Shown one piece after another: positions 33,442 to 41,801 of a stretch of DNA of 41,801 nt. Positions within the stretch are counted from its first letter, which is position 1, and each line of letters opens with the position of its first letter. The translations under genes were made by a program, and so were the position numbers. The notes below the pieces were generated by a model, which saw only the letters and a list, made by a program, of their open reading frames with translations, had not been told where the DNA came from and made no database searches. This DNA comes from Alphaproteobacteria bacterium UBA2947 (GTDB lineage: Bacteria > Pseudomonadota > Alphaproteobacteria > Rs-D84). The stretch spans positions 1 to 41,801 of the forward strand of contig DEBV01000004.1 in NCBI GenBank assembly GCA_002348925.1, written 5' to 3'.

Positions 33442-35691
33442 ATGTCTGAAATAATCGAAACAAATGAAATAAATGAAGTAAAAGTACCTACTTCGCCAAT
33501 TGAACATGAAATGCGAACATCGTTCCTTGATTACGCAATGTCTGTTATCGTGGACCGCGCATTGCCTGATGTAAGGGACGGTTGTAAACCTGTGCATCGT
33601 CGTATTTTGTATTCTATGTTGCGTCAGAAATTGTCGCCAAATGCTGCTTTTCGTAAGTGCGCAACGGTTGTTGGTGATGTGTTGGGGCATTATCATCCAC
33701 ATGGGGATTCTTCGGTTTATGATGCAATGGTGCGTCTTGCGCAAGACTTTTCAGTGCGTTATCCATTGATTGATGGTCAAGGAAACTTTGGTAATATTGA
33801 CGGTGACCCGCAGGCAGCATATCGTTATACTGAATCAAAAATGACACAGGCTGCGATGCTGATTATGGAAGGCATTGACGAAGACAGTGTCGATATGATG
33901 CCAAACTTTGATGGGACGACAGTAGAACCAACTGTAATGCCTGGCGCGTTTCCAAATTTGCTGGCAAACGGTGGTATGGGAATTGCTGTGGGTATGGCAA
34001 CCAATATTCCAACGCATAATGTTTCTGAAATTATGGATGCGCTGAATCTGGTTGTTGATAAGCCACAGGCAACGACCGAACAAATAATGAAAAAACTTGT
34101 CGGTCCAGATTTTCCAACAGGTGGTGTTTTAATTGACGATTTTGCAACGATTTGCAAAAACTATGACACAGGTCGCGGTGCGTTTCGTATTCGTGCAAAA
34201 TGGGAAGTGGAAAAACTTGATCGTGGGGCAGAGCAGGTAGTTATCACTGAAATTCCATATGGTATAGTTAAATCTAAATTGGTTGAACAAATTGCTGATT
34301 TAATCGACAACAAAAAATTGCCGTTGGTTGAAGATATTGTTGATGAATCTACGACAGATGTTCGCATTGTTATCACACCAAAGAATCGTAATATTCCAAT
34401 CGATAAAATGATGGCGCATTTGTTTGCGATGACTGATTTAGAATACAAATTCAACATGAATTTCAATGTGGTTGATTCTAACGGTGCACCACGTGTAATG
34501 CCGATTGGTGATGTGCTGCGTGAATTTATCGCGCACCAGAAAAATGTTTTAATTCGTCGCACTAAATGGCGTCTTGGCAATATAGAACGCAGATTGGAAA
34601 TTCTTGGTGGATTGTTAATCGTTTATTTAAATTTGGATCGGGTAATTGAAATTATCAGAAATGAAGACGATCCAAAAGCGGTCTTGATGGCGGAATTTCA
34701 GTTAACAGAAATTCAGGTTGAATCTATATTGAATACACGCTTGCGTTCTTTGCGTAAATTGGAAGAAATGGAAATCAAACGCGAAGACAAAGAACTGCGC
34801 GCGGAAAAAGAAAAATTGCAAGCGCTTCTTGACAGTGAAGAAATTCAAAACGCACAATTGCACGCGTGGTTTGACGATATTAAAAAACAGTACGCAAAAA
34901 ATACAGCACTTGGTCGTCGCCGTACACAGTGGGAATGTGTTGGCGAAGAAATCGTTGTTAACGCAGATGAATTTATCGAAAAAGAACCAATCACAGTTGT
35001 CTTGTCTGCGATGGGGTGGATACGCGCGGCCAAGGGACACCTTGATTTGAACAATCTTGATATGAAATTCAAAGAAGGCGATGAATTACAGTTTGCTTTC
35101 CATGCACAAACTACGGATAAAATTAACTTGTTTGCAAGTGGCGGAAAAATGTTTACTTTGTCTGCAAACGATTTGCCGTCTGCGCGTGGCTTTGGTGAAT
35201 CAGTGCGTATGATGGCGGACATTGGTGCCGAAGAAAACATAGTAAAAGCATTTGTATTGGATACAAACGCAAAATATCTGGTTGTTGGGCGCCATGGTAC
35301 TGGCTTTATAGTCGCGGGTGAAAACTGCGTCGCACAAACTAAAAATGGGAAACAGGTTATGAACGTTGACGAACATAACCCAGCGGTGCTGTGTGTTCGT
35401 GTTGATGGTGATATGGTCGCACTTTCTGGTTCGAACGATAAACTGTTGATATTTGAAACAGAACAGATTCCAGAAATGACACGTGGCAAAGGTGTAATCT
35501 TGCAGAAATACAATGCGGAACGCACTTACACAATCGACGCGATGTTCTTTAACATGTCGGATGGATTTGGTTGGACAACAGGTCGTGGTACGACAAAGTT
35601 AGACGATATAAAACCATGGCTGGCAAAACGCGCATCTCAGGGTCATACAATACCTGTTGGTTTCCCACGCAGTGGTAAATTCGGAAAATAA
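33442..35691 (+). CDS. parC: DNA topoisomerase IV subunit A
   Basis: [38 protein letters not shown], and catalytic Tyr in [10 protein letters not shown]. At 749 aa with no GyrA-box (QRRGGKG) it fits ParC rather than GyrA. Confidence 0.88.
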   Translation: MSEIIETNEINEVKVPTSPIEHEMRTSFLDYAMSVIVDRALPDVRDGCKPVHRRILYSMLRQKLSPNAAFRKCATVVGDVLGHYHPHGDSSVYDAMVRLAQDFSVRYPLIDGQGNFGNIDGDPQAAYRYTESKMTQAAMLIMEGIDEDSVDMMPNFDGTTVEPTVMPGAFPNLLANGGMGIAVGMATNIPTHNVSEIMDALNLVVDKPQATTEQIMKKLVGPDFPTGGVLIDDFATICKNYDTGRGAFRIRAKWEVEKLDRGAEQVVITEIPYGIVKSKLVEQIADLIDNKKLPLVEDIVDESTTDVRIVITPKNRNIPIDKMMAHLFAMTDLEYKFNMNFNVVDSNGAPRVMPIGDVLREFIAHQKNVLIRRTKWRLGNIERRLEILGGLLIVYLNLDRVIEIIRNEDDPKAVLMAEFQLTEIQVESILNTRLRSLRKLEEMEIKREDKELRAEKEKLQALLDSEEIQNAQLHAWFDDIKKQYAKNTALGRRRTQWECVGEEIVVNADEFIEKEPITVVLSAMGWIRAAKGHLDLNNLDMKFKEGDELQFAFHAQTTDKINLFASGGKMFTLSANDLPSARGFGESVRMMADIGAEENIVKAFVLDTNAKYLVVGRHGTGFIVAGENCVAQTKNGKQVMNVDEHNPAVLCVRVDGDMVALSGSNDKLLIFETEQIPEMTRGKGVILQKYNAERTYTIDAMFFNMSDGFGWTTGRGTTKLDDIKPWLAKRASQGHTIPVGFPRSGKFGK

Positions 35692-35712
35692 TGTTTTGCC
35701 CTTTGGGCAGAT

Positions 35713-35743
35713 AAAAAAACACCCGCAATCGCGGGTGTTTTTT
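35713..35743. terminator. Bidirectional intrinsic terminator (parC / rpmG)
   Basis: A7, CACCCGC(35720-35726) AATC GCGGGTG(35731-35737), T6. It lies between convergent genes. Confidence 0.8.
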
Positions 35744-35765
35744 CAATAATTTCTGCCTGAGAAAA

Positions 35766-35945
35766 CTAGTGGCTCATTTTTGCTTCTGTAAATACAACGT
35801 GTTTACGTAATTTTGGATCGTATTTACGGAATTTCATTTTACCCTGAGTATTTTCAGATTTTGTATTTTTTGTAGTTGTGTAATAAAAACCAGTTTCTTT
35901 ATTTTCCAGTTTTACAACTTCCTTGCTGCCTTTTTTAGATGCCAT
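35766..35945 (-). CDS. rpmG: 50S ribosomal protein L33 (Cys-less form)
   Basis: MASKKGSKEVVKLENKETGFYYTTTKNTK...KFRKYDPKLRKHVVFTE is canonical L33. Start taken at the second ATG (35945), which has better SD spacing and gives the usual MA.KK N-terminus. Confidence 0.93.
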   Translation of the reverse strand: MASKKGSKEVVKLENKETGFYYTTTKNTKSENTQGKMKFRKYDPKLRKHVVFTEAKMSH

Positions 35946-36045
35946 TTTCATAACCTTTTTTAAATACTTCGGGCATTGTATGTTATATTTTATGTAAAAT
36001 CAAGTTTTTTTTACAGGGACATGGCAATTTTATCACATAATATGC

Positions 36046-36075
36046 TTGACCGTTTTTTTTGTTTTTTGGTATAAT
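36046..36075 (+). promoter_or_regulatory. Sigma70-type promoter of giant surface protein gene 1
   Basis: TTGACC (36046-36051), an 18-nt spacer G-T8-G-T6-GG, then TATAAT (36070-36075) with TGg (extended -10). The block is duplicated at 39354-39383. Confidence 0.6.
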
Positions 36076-36203
36076 GAAAATATTAGTAAGGGGAAAAAGG
36101 CAAAATTTGCGGGAAGTCTGCGCGTTTTAAGTGATTTAATTTACGGTGTAAGAAACGTATTTTCTGCATATGCAGTGCATGTAAAAAGGAAGGATGTATA
36201 AAA

Positions 36204-39200
36204 ATGTTAAAAATAAGAAATTTCTTTCATGTAATTACTGGCGCATTTTTCGCATTATGTTTGATGTCTGTGTCGGGTACAGCATTGGCATATACGATTA
36301 CGTTGAATGCTTCTTCTGCAACAAGCCAAGGAACATCTTCTCTTGATTCTACTCCTGTTGGTGCGATGGTTCAGGGCCAATCAATGTCAACAACCGAACA
36401 CCCAATAACGTTGCCAACAAGAACAGGTTGGACATTCCAGGGATACTATAATGAGGGGCTGGATACAACGTATATTAGTTCCAGTGGTTATATAACTACA
36501 GATGGTATAAACACGGCAAAAAGTTTAACTGGAAATACAACATGGTATGCCCTTTGGAGAAGAGATAGCAATTGTTCGGCTGGAACATATTGGACGGGCA
36601 GCAGTTGTGCTACATGTACAACGGGATATTACTGTCCAAATTCTACGATTGTGTACAATCATACTACCAACGGGGCAGGAAGATACGCGTGTACAAGTTT
36701 TCGTTCAAACACAATAACAAATGGTACAGGAAAAACGTCAAAAAGTGACTGTTTGTGCAAAGCCGGTATGTATTTAAGTGGCTCTACATGTACTACAACT
36801 TCGGCTGGGTATTACAGTGGCGTAGACAACTCACAGACAGAATGTTCTGCTGGATACTACAGTACAAGTGGTGCAAGCAGTTGCAGTCCTGTATCTGCTG
36901 GTTACTATACCACAGGTGGCGGAACATCTGCGACACCAACTGCCAATGGTAATGGATGTATAAGTACTTACAGTTGTGGAAAGGTCAGCGCTGGATATTT
37001 CAGCACTGGTGGTGCAACAAAGTCTGCCCCTAATAGCACTGCTGGTGGTGAAAGCGGTACTGGCAGCAATGGCTGTATCAGTGGTCAAACATGTGGGGCA
37101 GTATCTGCGGGTTATTACAACAATGGTGGCGGAATAAAGGCCGAACCACAAACGAGCGGGGAAGGTTGCATAAGTGGTAAATCTTGTGGAATGCTAAGTG
37201 CTGGATATTTCAGTACAGGCGGTGCGATAAGTGCTACCCCAAACGCAACAGTTGGTGGTGCGAATGCTAGTGGCATGAATGGATGTGTCATTGGTAGATG
37301 TGGATTGGTGTCTGCTGGGTATTACAGCACAGGTGGTGGAACATCCGCAACACCAAAAAATGCTGATGAAGGATGTTTGCATATTTATAGTTGTGGAAAG
37401 GTATCAACGGGATATTACAGCAATGGTGGTGGAACATCTGCGACACCAACCAGCAGCGGTGATTGCGTAAGTGGCCGTACCTGTGGTTATTGCAACACTT
37501 GGCGCACAGACACGACAACCGCAGATGCTGGTGGTACAGGAACATCGTCTTGTTTATGTAAAGCGGGTATGTACCTGAACAGCAGTAATGTCTGTACAAC
37601 AACAGAAACAGGATATTACAGTGGTATAAGCAATGACAGAAGCGCATGCAGCACTTGGCGTTCAAACACAACTACGACAAGTACAGGTTCGACCAGTTCG
37701 GCCGCTTGTGTATGTAAAGCTGGTATGTATTTAAGTGGTACTACATGTACTAATGCTTCTGCTGGGTATTACAGTGGTGTAAGTAATACTCAGACAATAT
37801 GTAGTGCTGGTACTTATAGTACAGGTGGTGCAAGTGCATGTACAGATTGTAATTCAACTGGTTATTCTGGTTATACAACTGCTTCTACTGGTGCATCGGC
37901 TGAAAATATGTGTAAAAGAGACTTTACACTTTGGAGATTTGGTGCAACAGGCACGCTTACAACAACTGCAGGGTCAGTTGAATCTGGCGGTAGTGGGAAT
38001 GACAAATTAGTTTGTACCAAGGGTCAAAACTGTTATATGCCTGATTCTAGTAAATTAAGTTTGGATGGTTGGACATTTTTGGGAGGTTGGTCACAACAAA
38101 GTCAGCCGAGTTCTTCACCGTGTACTGCTAGTTTTACGGCAAATACATCTGTGTCTACTAGTGGTGCTGATTCTTTGTTCCCATGTGCAAAACCAACGGT
38201 ATTCACAATACCTGTAACCGTTATTGCCAATGGTAATACTGTGAAAAAAGGAACACAAAGTTTGTGTTATCAATTGTATAGAAAAGACAGTACTAATGAG
38301 CCATCTACGACAGGTACACTTGTTGCCAAGGTATATCTTAACCCTAATGATCCTGAACCTTGTACAGAACTTGGGGCTGAAGTGACAAGCAGTACACAAA
38401 TAACCATACCAACATGGCCAGGGCATACTTTCAAAGGTTTTTATACTAATTCAACTGGTGGTTCGAATGCAATTTCCAATACAGGATATGTCCAACAGGG
38501 CTTCTTGGAAGGTTTCTATACGTCGAATTATTTTTCAGATCCTTATTCAACCAATGCGACAAACCACCAATTGTATGCACAATTTGAAACATCAAATGTG
38601 CAATGTGCGGCGGGTACGTTCTTGGTGGGGTTGTATGGTGACTGTATGACGTGTTCTGCTGGATCTTACTGTCCAGGTGGTACCTATACAAGTGAAGACC
38701 AAGAAAATGTTGGTATAACTGTTTGTGGTAAAAATACATACAGTGGCGAAGGTGCGGCATCATGTACAGCATGTGCAAGTGGTTATGGTATATCTGATAA
38801 TGGAACTAATGCCCAATATCATAACAGTAAATATCAGTGTACTGCATCTATCACTTTGAACAAGAATGGTGGAAGCGGTGATATAACAGTTTATTCAAAT
38901 CCTGTCGGTGGTACGACCAATGCAGCGATTACTTGCCATCAAGACGAAGTTTGCAGTTTCCCAAGCACATCTGGTTTGACACAAGATGGATATGGGTTTA
39001 CTGGCAAGTGGTCAAAAACAGAAAATTGTTCAGACGGTGGTGCTACAAGCTTTACGAACCCAACTGGTACATACTATGCCTGTAAGACGGCAAATCCAAT
39101 TACAATCAAATGGATTGATGTTGGAACGGCTGGCTCTGGATTTACAGCGGTTTCTGGTGAAGCCAATGCTTATACATCGATAGTAAGCTTTAATGGCAAC

Positions 39201-39269
39201 ATCACAACCCCACAGGCTGGTTTCTCAAAAACAGGGATGACATTCTTGGGGTGGAAGTTCGAAAAATAA
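36204..39269 (+). CDS. Giant secreted/surface repeat protein 1 (1021 aa): Listeria/Bacteroides-type repeats plus Cys-rich ephrin-receptor-like repeats
   Basis: SD AAAGGAAGGA. Signal peptide ...AFFALCLMSVSGTALA|YT. Flg_new/InlB-B-like units (LPTRTGWTFQGYYN...WYALW; WPGHTFKGFYT...LYAQF; QDGYGFTGKW; KTGMTFLGWKF). CxAGxYxxGxxCxxCxxGYYC units. Six [VL]S[AT]GY[YF]SxGG[GA] units. Confidence 0.92.
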   Translation: MLKIRNFFHVITGAFFALCLMSVSGTALAYTITLNASSATSQGTSSLDSTPVGAMVQGQSMSTTEHPITLPTRTGWTFQGYYNEGLDTTYISSSGYITTDGINTAKSLTGNTTWYALWRRDSNCSAGTYWTGSSCATCTTGYYCPNSTIVYNHTTNGAGRYACTSFRSNTITNGTGKTSKSDCLCKAGMYLSGSTCTTTSAGYYSGVDNSQTECSAGYYSTSGASSCSPVSAGYYTTGGGTSATPTANGNGCISTYSCGKVSAGYFSTGGATKSAPNSTAGGESGTGSNGCISGQTCGAVSAGYYNNGGGIKAEPQTSGEGCISGKSCGMLSAGYFSTGGAISATPNATVGGANASGMNGCVIGRCGLVSAGYYSTGGGTSATPKNADEGCLHIYSCGKVSTGYYSNGGGTSATPTSSGDCVSGRTCGYCNTWRTDTTTADAGGTGTSSCLCKAGMYLNSSNVCTTTETGYYSGISNDRSACSTWRSNTTTTSTGSTSSAACVCKAGMYLSGTTCTNASAGYYSGVSNTQTICSAGTYSTGGASACTDCNSTGYSGYTTASTGASAENMCKRDFTLWRFGATGTLTTTAGSVESGGSGNDKLVCTKGQNCYMPDSSKLSLDGWTFLGGWSQQSQPSSSPCTASFTANTSVSTSGADSLFPCAKPTVFTIPVTVIANGNTVKKGTQSLCYQLYRKDSTNEPSTTGTLVAKVYLNPNDPEPCTELGAEVTSSTQITIPTWPGHTFKGFYTNSTGGSNAISNTGYVQQGFLEGFYTSNYFSDPYSTNATNHQLYAQFETSNVQCAAGTFLVGLYGDCMTCSAGSYCPGGTYTSEDQENVGITVCGKNTYSGEGAASCTACASGYGISDNGTNAQYHNSKYQCTASITLNKNGGSGDITVYSNPVGGTTNAAITCHQDEVCSFPSTSGLTQDGYGFTGKWSKTENCSDGGATSFTNPTGTYYACKTANPITIKWIDVGTAGSGFTAVSGEANAYTSIVSFNGNITTPQAGFSKTGMTFLGWKFEK
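36243..36638 (+). repeat. 396-nt near-identical segment shared by the two giant genes (copy 1)
   Basis: Base-by-base comparison with 39454-39849 shows the same length and only scattered substitutions. The remainder of the two genes is far more diverged. Confidence 0.85.
36882..37493 (+). repeat. In-frame degenerate tandem coding repeats (six units of ~26-38 aa)
   Basis: Repeating C-x-S-G-x-x-CG-x-[VL]S[AT]GY[YF]S-x-GG[GA]-x-[SK]A-x-P read from the translation. Confidence 0.8.
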
Positions 39270-39291
39270 AATTATAAATTCGTTTAAAAAA

Positions 39292-39317
39292 AGTCGTGGT
39301 TTGCCACGACTTTTTTT
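39292..39317 (+). terminator. Intrinsic terminator
   Basis: AGTCGTGG(39292-39299) TTTG CCACGACT(39304-39311) followed by T7. Confidence 0.85.
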
Positions 39318-39353
39318 GGCATAAAATTATAACATTTTTATCACATAATATGC

Positions 39354-39383
39354 TTGACCGTTTTTTTTGTTTTTTTGTATAAT
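39354..39383 (+). promoter_or_regulatory. Sigma70-type promoter of giant surface protein gene 2
   Basis: TTGACC (39354-39359), an 18-nt spacer G-T8-G-T7-G, then TATAAT (39378-39383). Near-identical copy of 36046-36075. Confidence 0.6.
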
Positions 39384-39414
39384 GAAAATATGTAAAAAAA
39401 GGGAAGGCTCGCAA

Positions 39415-41801
39415 ATGGTGGGAAAACGGGGATTTTTTAACTTTATAAAAAGTGCATTTTTCGCATTGTGTTTGGTGTTTGTGTCGGGTACAGCATTGGC
39501 ATATACGATTACGTTGAATGCTTCTTCTGCAACAAGCCAAGGAACATCTTCTCTTGATTCTACTCCTGTTGGTGCGATGGTTCAGGGCCAATCAATGTCA
39601 ACAACCGAACACCCAATAACGCTGCCAACAAGAACAGGTTGGACATTCCAGGGATACTATAATGATGGGATTGATACAACGTATATTAATTCCAGTGGTT
39701 ATATAACTACAGATGGTATAAACACGGCAAAAAGTTTAACTGGAAATACGACATGGTACGCCCTTTGGAAAAGAAATAGCAATTGTTCGGCTGGAACATA
39801 TTGGACGGGCAGTGCTTGTGCCACATGTACTGCGGGTTATTACTGTCCATCTTCAACAATAGTATATAGCTACATGTCTAGTGGAGGAAGAAAAGTTTGT
39901 GCTGCGGGTAAATACAGCAGCAGTGGTGCAACAAGTTGCAGCAATGTAAGTGAAGGTTATCATGCAACAGGATGTAATGCATCGAATGAAGCATGTACAG
40001 GGCAAGCAGCGAACACATATACGGTGACACTTAATAAAAATGCGACTGATGCAACGGCAGGTACTACATCCGTGACCGCAACATATAACAGTGCGATGCC
40101 AACACCAATTACAAAGCCATCACGCACAGGATATACTTTTGCGGGTTATTATGACACATCTGCAACAACAGGCGGAACACAATATTATACCTCTACTGGT
40201 GCCAGTGCGCGTAGTTGGAACAAAACATCAAATACAACATTGTATGCCCGCTGGATTTCTCTTAAAACACTTACTCTTGACAAGGACGGCGGAAGCGGTG
40301 GTACGAGTTATTTGTACTTTAACAGCACAGGAGTTTATTCAAATAATACTGGCACCACAGCGGTTAGTTGGCCTATATCTGTACCATCAAAAACAGGTTA
40401 TACATTTGGTGGCTATCTTTATCAGCCTAGCAGTAGTAGCACTGGCAGTACAGTGATAAATTCCGCTGGTAACGAAGCCGCAGGAGGTTATTTCATTGCT
40501 GCTTTAACTGGTGGCAGTGGAGATTTTGCAAACGACCTTACCTTAACTGCCAAATGGACTGCGAAAAGCATATCCTGTGATCCTGGGTATTATTTAAAAG
40601 CGAACAGTGAAAATTGTAACACCCTATGTCCAATGGGACAATATTGTGAAGGCGGAACGTTTGAATATGACGGTACTGCAAAAGGTGTGACAGGCAATAT
40701 AGCCGCTGGATACTACAGCTATAGTGGCGGTATAAGCGCGACCCCAACTGGATCAGGTAACGGTTGTGTTGGTGGTTCCAGTTGTGGAATAGTGTCCGCT
40801 GGATATTTCTGTGAAGGAGGCTGTTGGAGTGCGACACCAAATGACACCATTGGTGGTGCGACTGCCAATGGTATGAACGGTTGTATTGCGGGTAAATGCG
40901 GAAAGGTAAGTGCTGGATACTACAGCAGTGGTGGTGGAACATCTGCAACACCAACTGAACGTGGCAATGGTTGTTTGGCTACAAACAGTCTCAATTGCGG
41001 ACCAGTAGCTGCAGGTAGGTACAGTACAGGTGGTGCAACAACTGCTCAAGGTACAGGTGCTGTTAGTATTGGTTATTACAGCAGTGGTGGTGCAACAATA
41101 TCAACACCAGCCAGCACCAGTTGTGTAGGTTCTGGCAATACATGCGGTGCATGCAGCGCTTGGCGCACAAACACAACAACAAGTGGTAGCGGTGGTACAG
41201 GAACCTCGTCTTGTTTATGTAAAGCTGGTACGTATTTAAGTGGTACTACATGTGTAGCAACAGAAGTAGGATATTTCAGTGGTGTAAACAACTCTCAATT
41301 GAAGTGTGACGATTATATTCCAAATACAACTACGACAGGTACGGGAAAAACATCAACAAATGATTGTTTTTGCAAAGGCGGAATGTATATGGGCAGTGGA
41401 CATTGTGTCAACACTTCCGCTGGGTATTACAGTGGTGTAAGCGATACACAGACAGCATGTGACGTAGATACGTACAGCACTGGTGGTGCAAGCAGTTGTA
41501 CGCCTGTAAGCACAGGTTATCATACAACAGGATGTAATTCTTCAAGTAAGGCATGTACAGGGCAAGCAGCGAACACATACACAGTGACGCTTGATAAAAA
41601 TGCATCTGATGCAACGGCTGGTACTACGTCCAAAACAGCAACCTATGGCAGTGCTATGCCAACACCGATTACATTGCCATCGCGTACAGGATATACTTTT
41701 GCGGGATATTATGACACATCTGCAACAACAGGCGGAACGCAATATTATACCTCTACTGGTGCTAGTGCACGTAGTTGGAACAAAACATCAAATACAACAT
41801 T
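39415..41801 (+). CDS. Giant secreted/surface repeat protein 2 (partial, >795 aa, runs off the window)
   Basis: I translated frame 1 by hand from ATG 39415 to 41801 and found no stop. It is missing from the ORF track because it is open-ended. Signal peptide MVGKRGFFNFIKSAFFALCLVFVSGTALA|YT. Same repeat types as gene 1 (PSRTGYTFAGYYD...LYARW; CSAGTYWTGSACATCTAGYYCPSS; SAGYYSSGGGTSATP). Confidence 0.9.
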   Translation, partial: MVGKRGFFNFIKSAFFALCLVFVSGTALAYTITLNASSATSQGTSSLDSTPVGAMVQGQSMSTTEHPITLPTRTGWTFQGYYNDGIDTTYINSSGYITTDGINTAKSLTGNTTWYALWKRNSNCSAGTYWTGSACATCTAGYYCPSSTIVYSYMSSGGRKVCAAGKYSSSGATSCSNVSEGYHATGCNASNEACTGQAANTYTVTLNKNATDATAGTTSVTATYNSAMPTPITKPSRTGYTFAGYYDTSATTGGTQYYTSTGASARSWNKTSNTTLYARWISLKTLTLDKDGGSGGTSYLYFNSTGVYSNNTGTTAVSWPISVPSKTGYTFGGYLYQPSSSSTGSTVINSAGNEAAGGYFIAALTGGSGDFANDLTLTAKWTAKSISCDPGYYLKANSENCNTLCPMGQYCEGGTFEYDGTAKGVTGNIAAGYYSYSGGISATPTGSGNGCVGGSSCGIVSAGYFCEGGCWSATPNDTIGGATANGMNGCIAGKCGKVSAGYYSSGGGTSATPTERGNGCLATNSLNCGPVAAGRYSTGGATTAQGTGAVSIGYYSSGGATISTPASTSCVGSGNTCGACSAWRTNTTTSGSGGTGTSSCLCKAGTYLSGTTCVATEVGYFSGVNNSQLKCDDYIPNTTTTGTGKTSTNDCFCKGGMYMGSGHCVNTSAGYYSGVSDTQTACDVDTYSTGGASSCTPVSTGYHTTGCNSSSKACTGQAANTYTVTLDKNASDATAGTTSKTATYGSAMPTPITLPSRTGYTFAGYYDTSATTGGTQYYTSTGASARSWNKTSNTT
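39454..39849 (+). repeat. 396-nt near-identical segment shared by the two giant genes (copy 2)
   Basis: See 36243-36638. Confidence 0.85.
39915..40241 (+). repeat. Internal direct repeat of giant gene 2 (copy 1)
   Basis: Aligns with 41475-41801 at an offset of 1560 nt, e.g. GGTTATCAT.CAACAGGATGTAAT...GCATGTACAGGGCAAGCAGCGAACACATA and ACAGGATATACTTTTGCGGG.TATTATGACACATCTGCAACAACAGGCGGAAC.CAATATTATACCTCTACTGGTGC. Confidence 0.8.
41475..41801 (+). repeat. Internal direct repeat of giant gene 2 (copy 2, truncated by window end)
   Basis: See 39915-40241. Confidence 0.8.

Noticed and set aside
33301-33744. 147-aa - strand ORF spanning the parC start
   Set aside because: It overlaps the well-supported parC N-terminus (conserved [14 protein letters not shown]) and the parC promoter region, and its composition is implausible.
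34845-35525. 226-aa antisense ORF inside parC, and similar long shadow ORFs (25308-25793 in ftsW, 8018-8437 and 8247-8693 in protein C, 19519-19932 in paralogue 5, 5199-5635 in protein B)
   Set aside because: All lie antisense to genes with strong homology or clear signal-peptide/TM logic. Their translations are low-complexity and have no starts with an SD. They are typical shadow ORFs.
36882-37493. Regularly spaced ~90-110 nt repeats that could superficially resemble a repeat/spacer array
   Set aside because: They are in frame inside a long ORF and encode a degenerate peptide repeat (SAGYYSTGGG...). The repeat units are not identical and there are no unique spacers, so this is not CRISPR.
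40091-40456. 121-aa + strand ORF and the many - strand ORFs between 36800 and 41750
   Set aside because: They are out of frame within, or antisense to, the two giant repeat genes. Their open frames are a by-product of the biased repeat composition.

Overview
AT-rich (roughly 35-40% GC by eye) bacterial chromosomal segment read with the standard bacterial code. TAA is the dominant stop, and TGA also terminates one gene. The window opens in the last ~240 nt of a 23S rRNA, followed by 5S rRNA and an intrinsic terminator. About 35 protein genes follow, with little non-coding DNA beyond compact promoter and terminator modules. Housekeeping content: a VIT1-like transporter, a PagL-like outer-membrane deacylase, rplU-rpmA, dnaQ, a uvrD-like helicase, rpmE, a degenerate SuhB/IMPase homologue, PBP1A, a stripped-down mraY-ftsW-murG block, an OmpA-like protein, a comF-like PRTase, a short valS, an acyl-ACP thioesterase, rpmH, parC and rpmG. 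The conserved proteins look alphaproteobacterial with a Rickettsiales-like flavour; this is inference only. Three unusual gene sets are interleaved with these core genes and are the main interest of the window. (1) Three monocistronic paralogues (2680-4824, 4931-7033, 8031-10583) encode large secreted Cys-rich/coiled-coil proteins that share a C-x7-C-x4-C...C-x-C type motif; two of them also carry an Arg/Val/Ser/Thr-repeat N-terminal region. (2) Five paralogous polytopic membrane proteins (13440-20029) form a translationally coupled four-gene operon plus a divergent fifth gene. Their architecture is VirB6/TrbL-like, but no other secretion gene is in the window. (3) Two tandem giant surface proteins (36204-39269 and 39415 to beyond 41801) are built from Listeria/Bacteroides-type repeats and eukaryote-like Cys-rich repeats. 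They have near-identical promoters and 5' coding modules. I saw no tRNA, CRISPR, transposase, integrase or phage genes.
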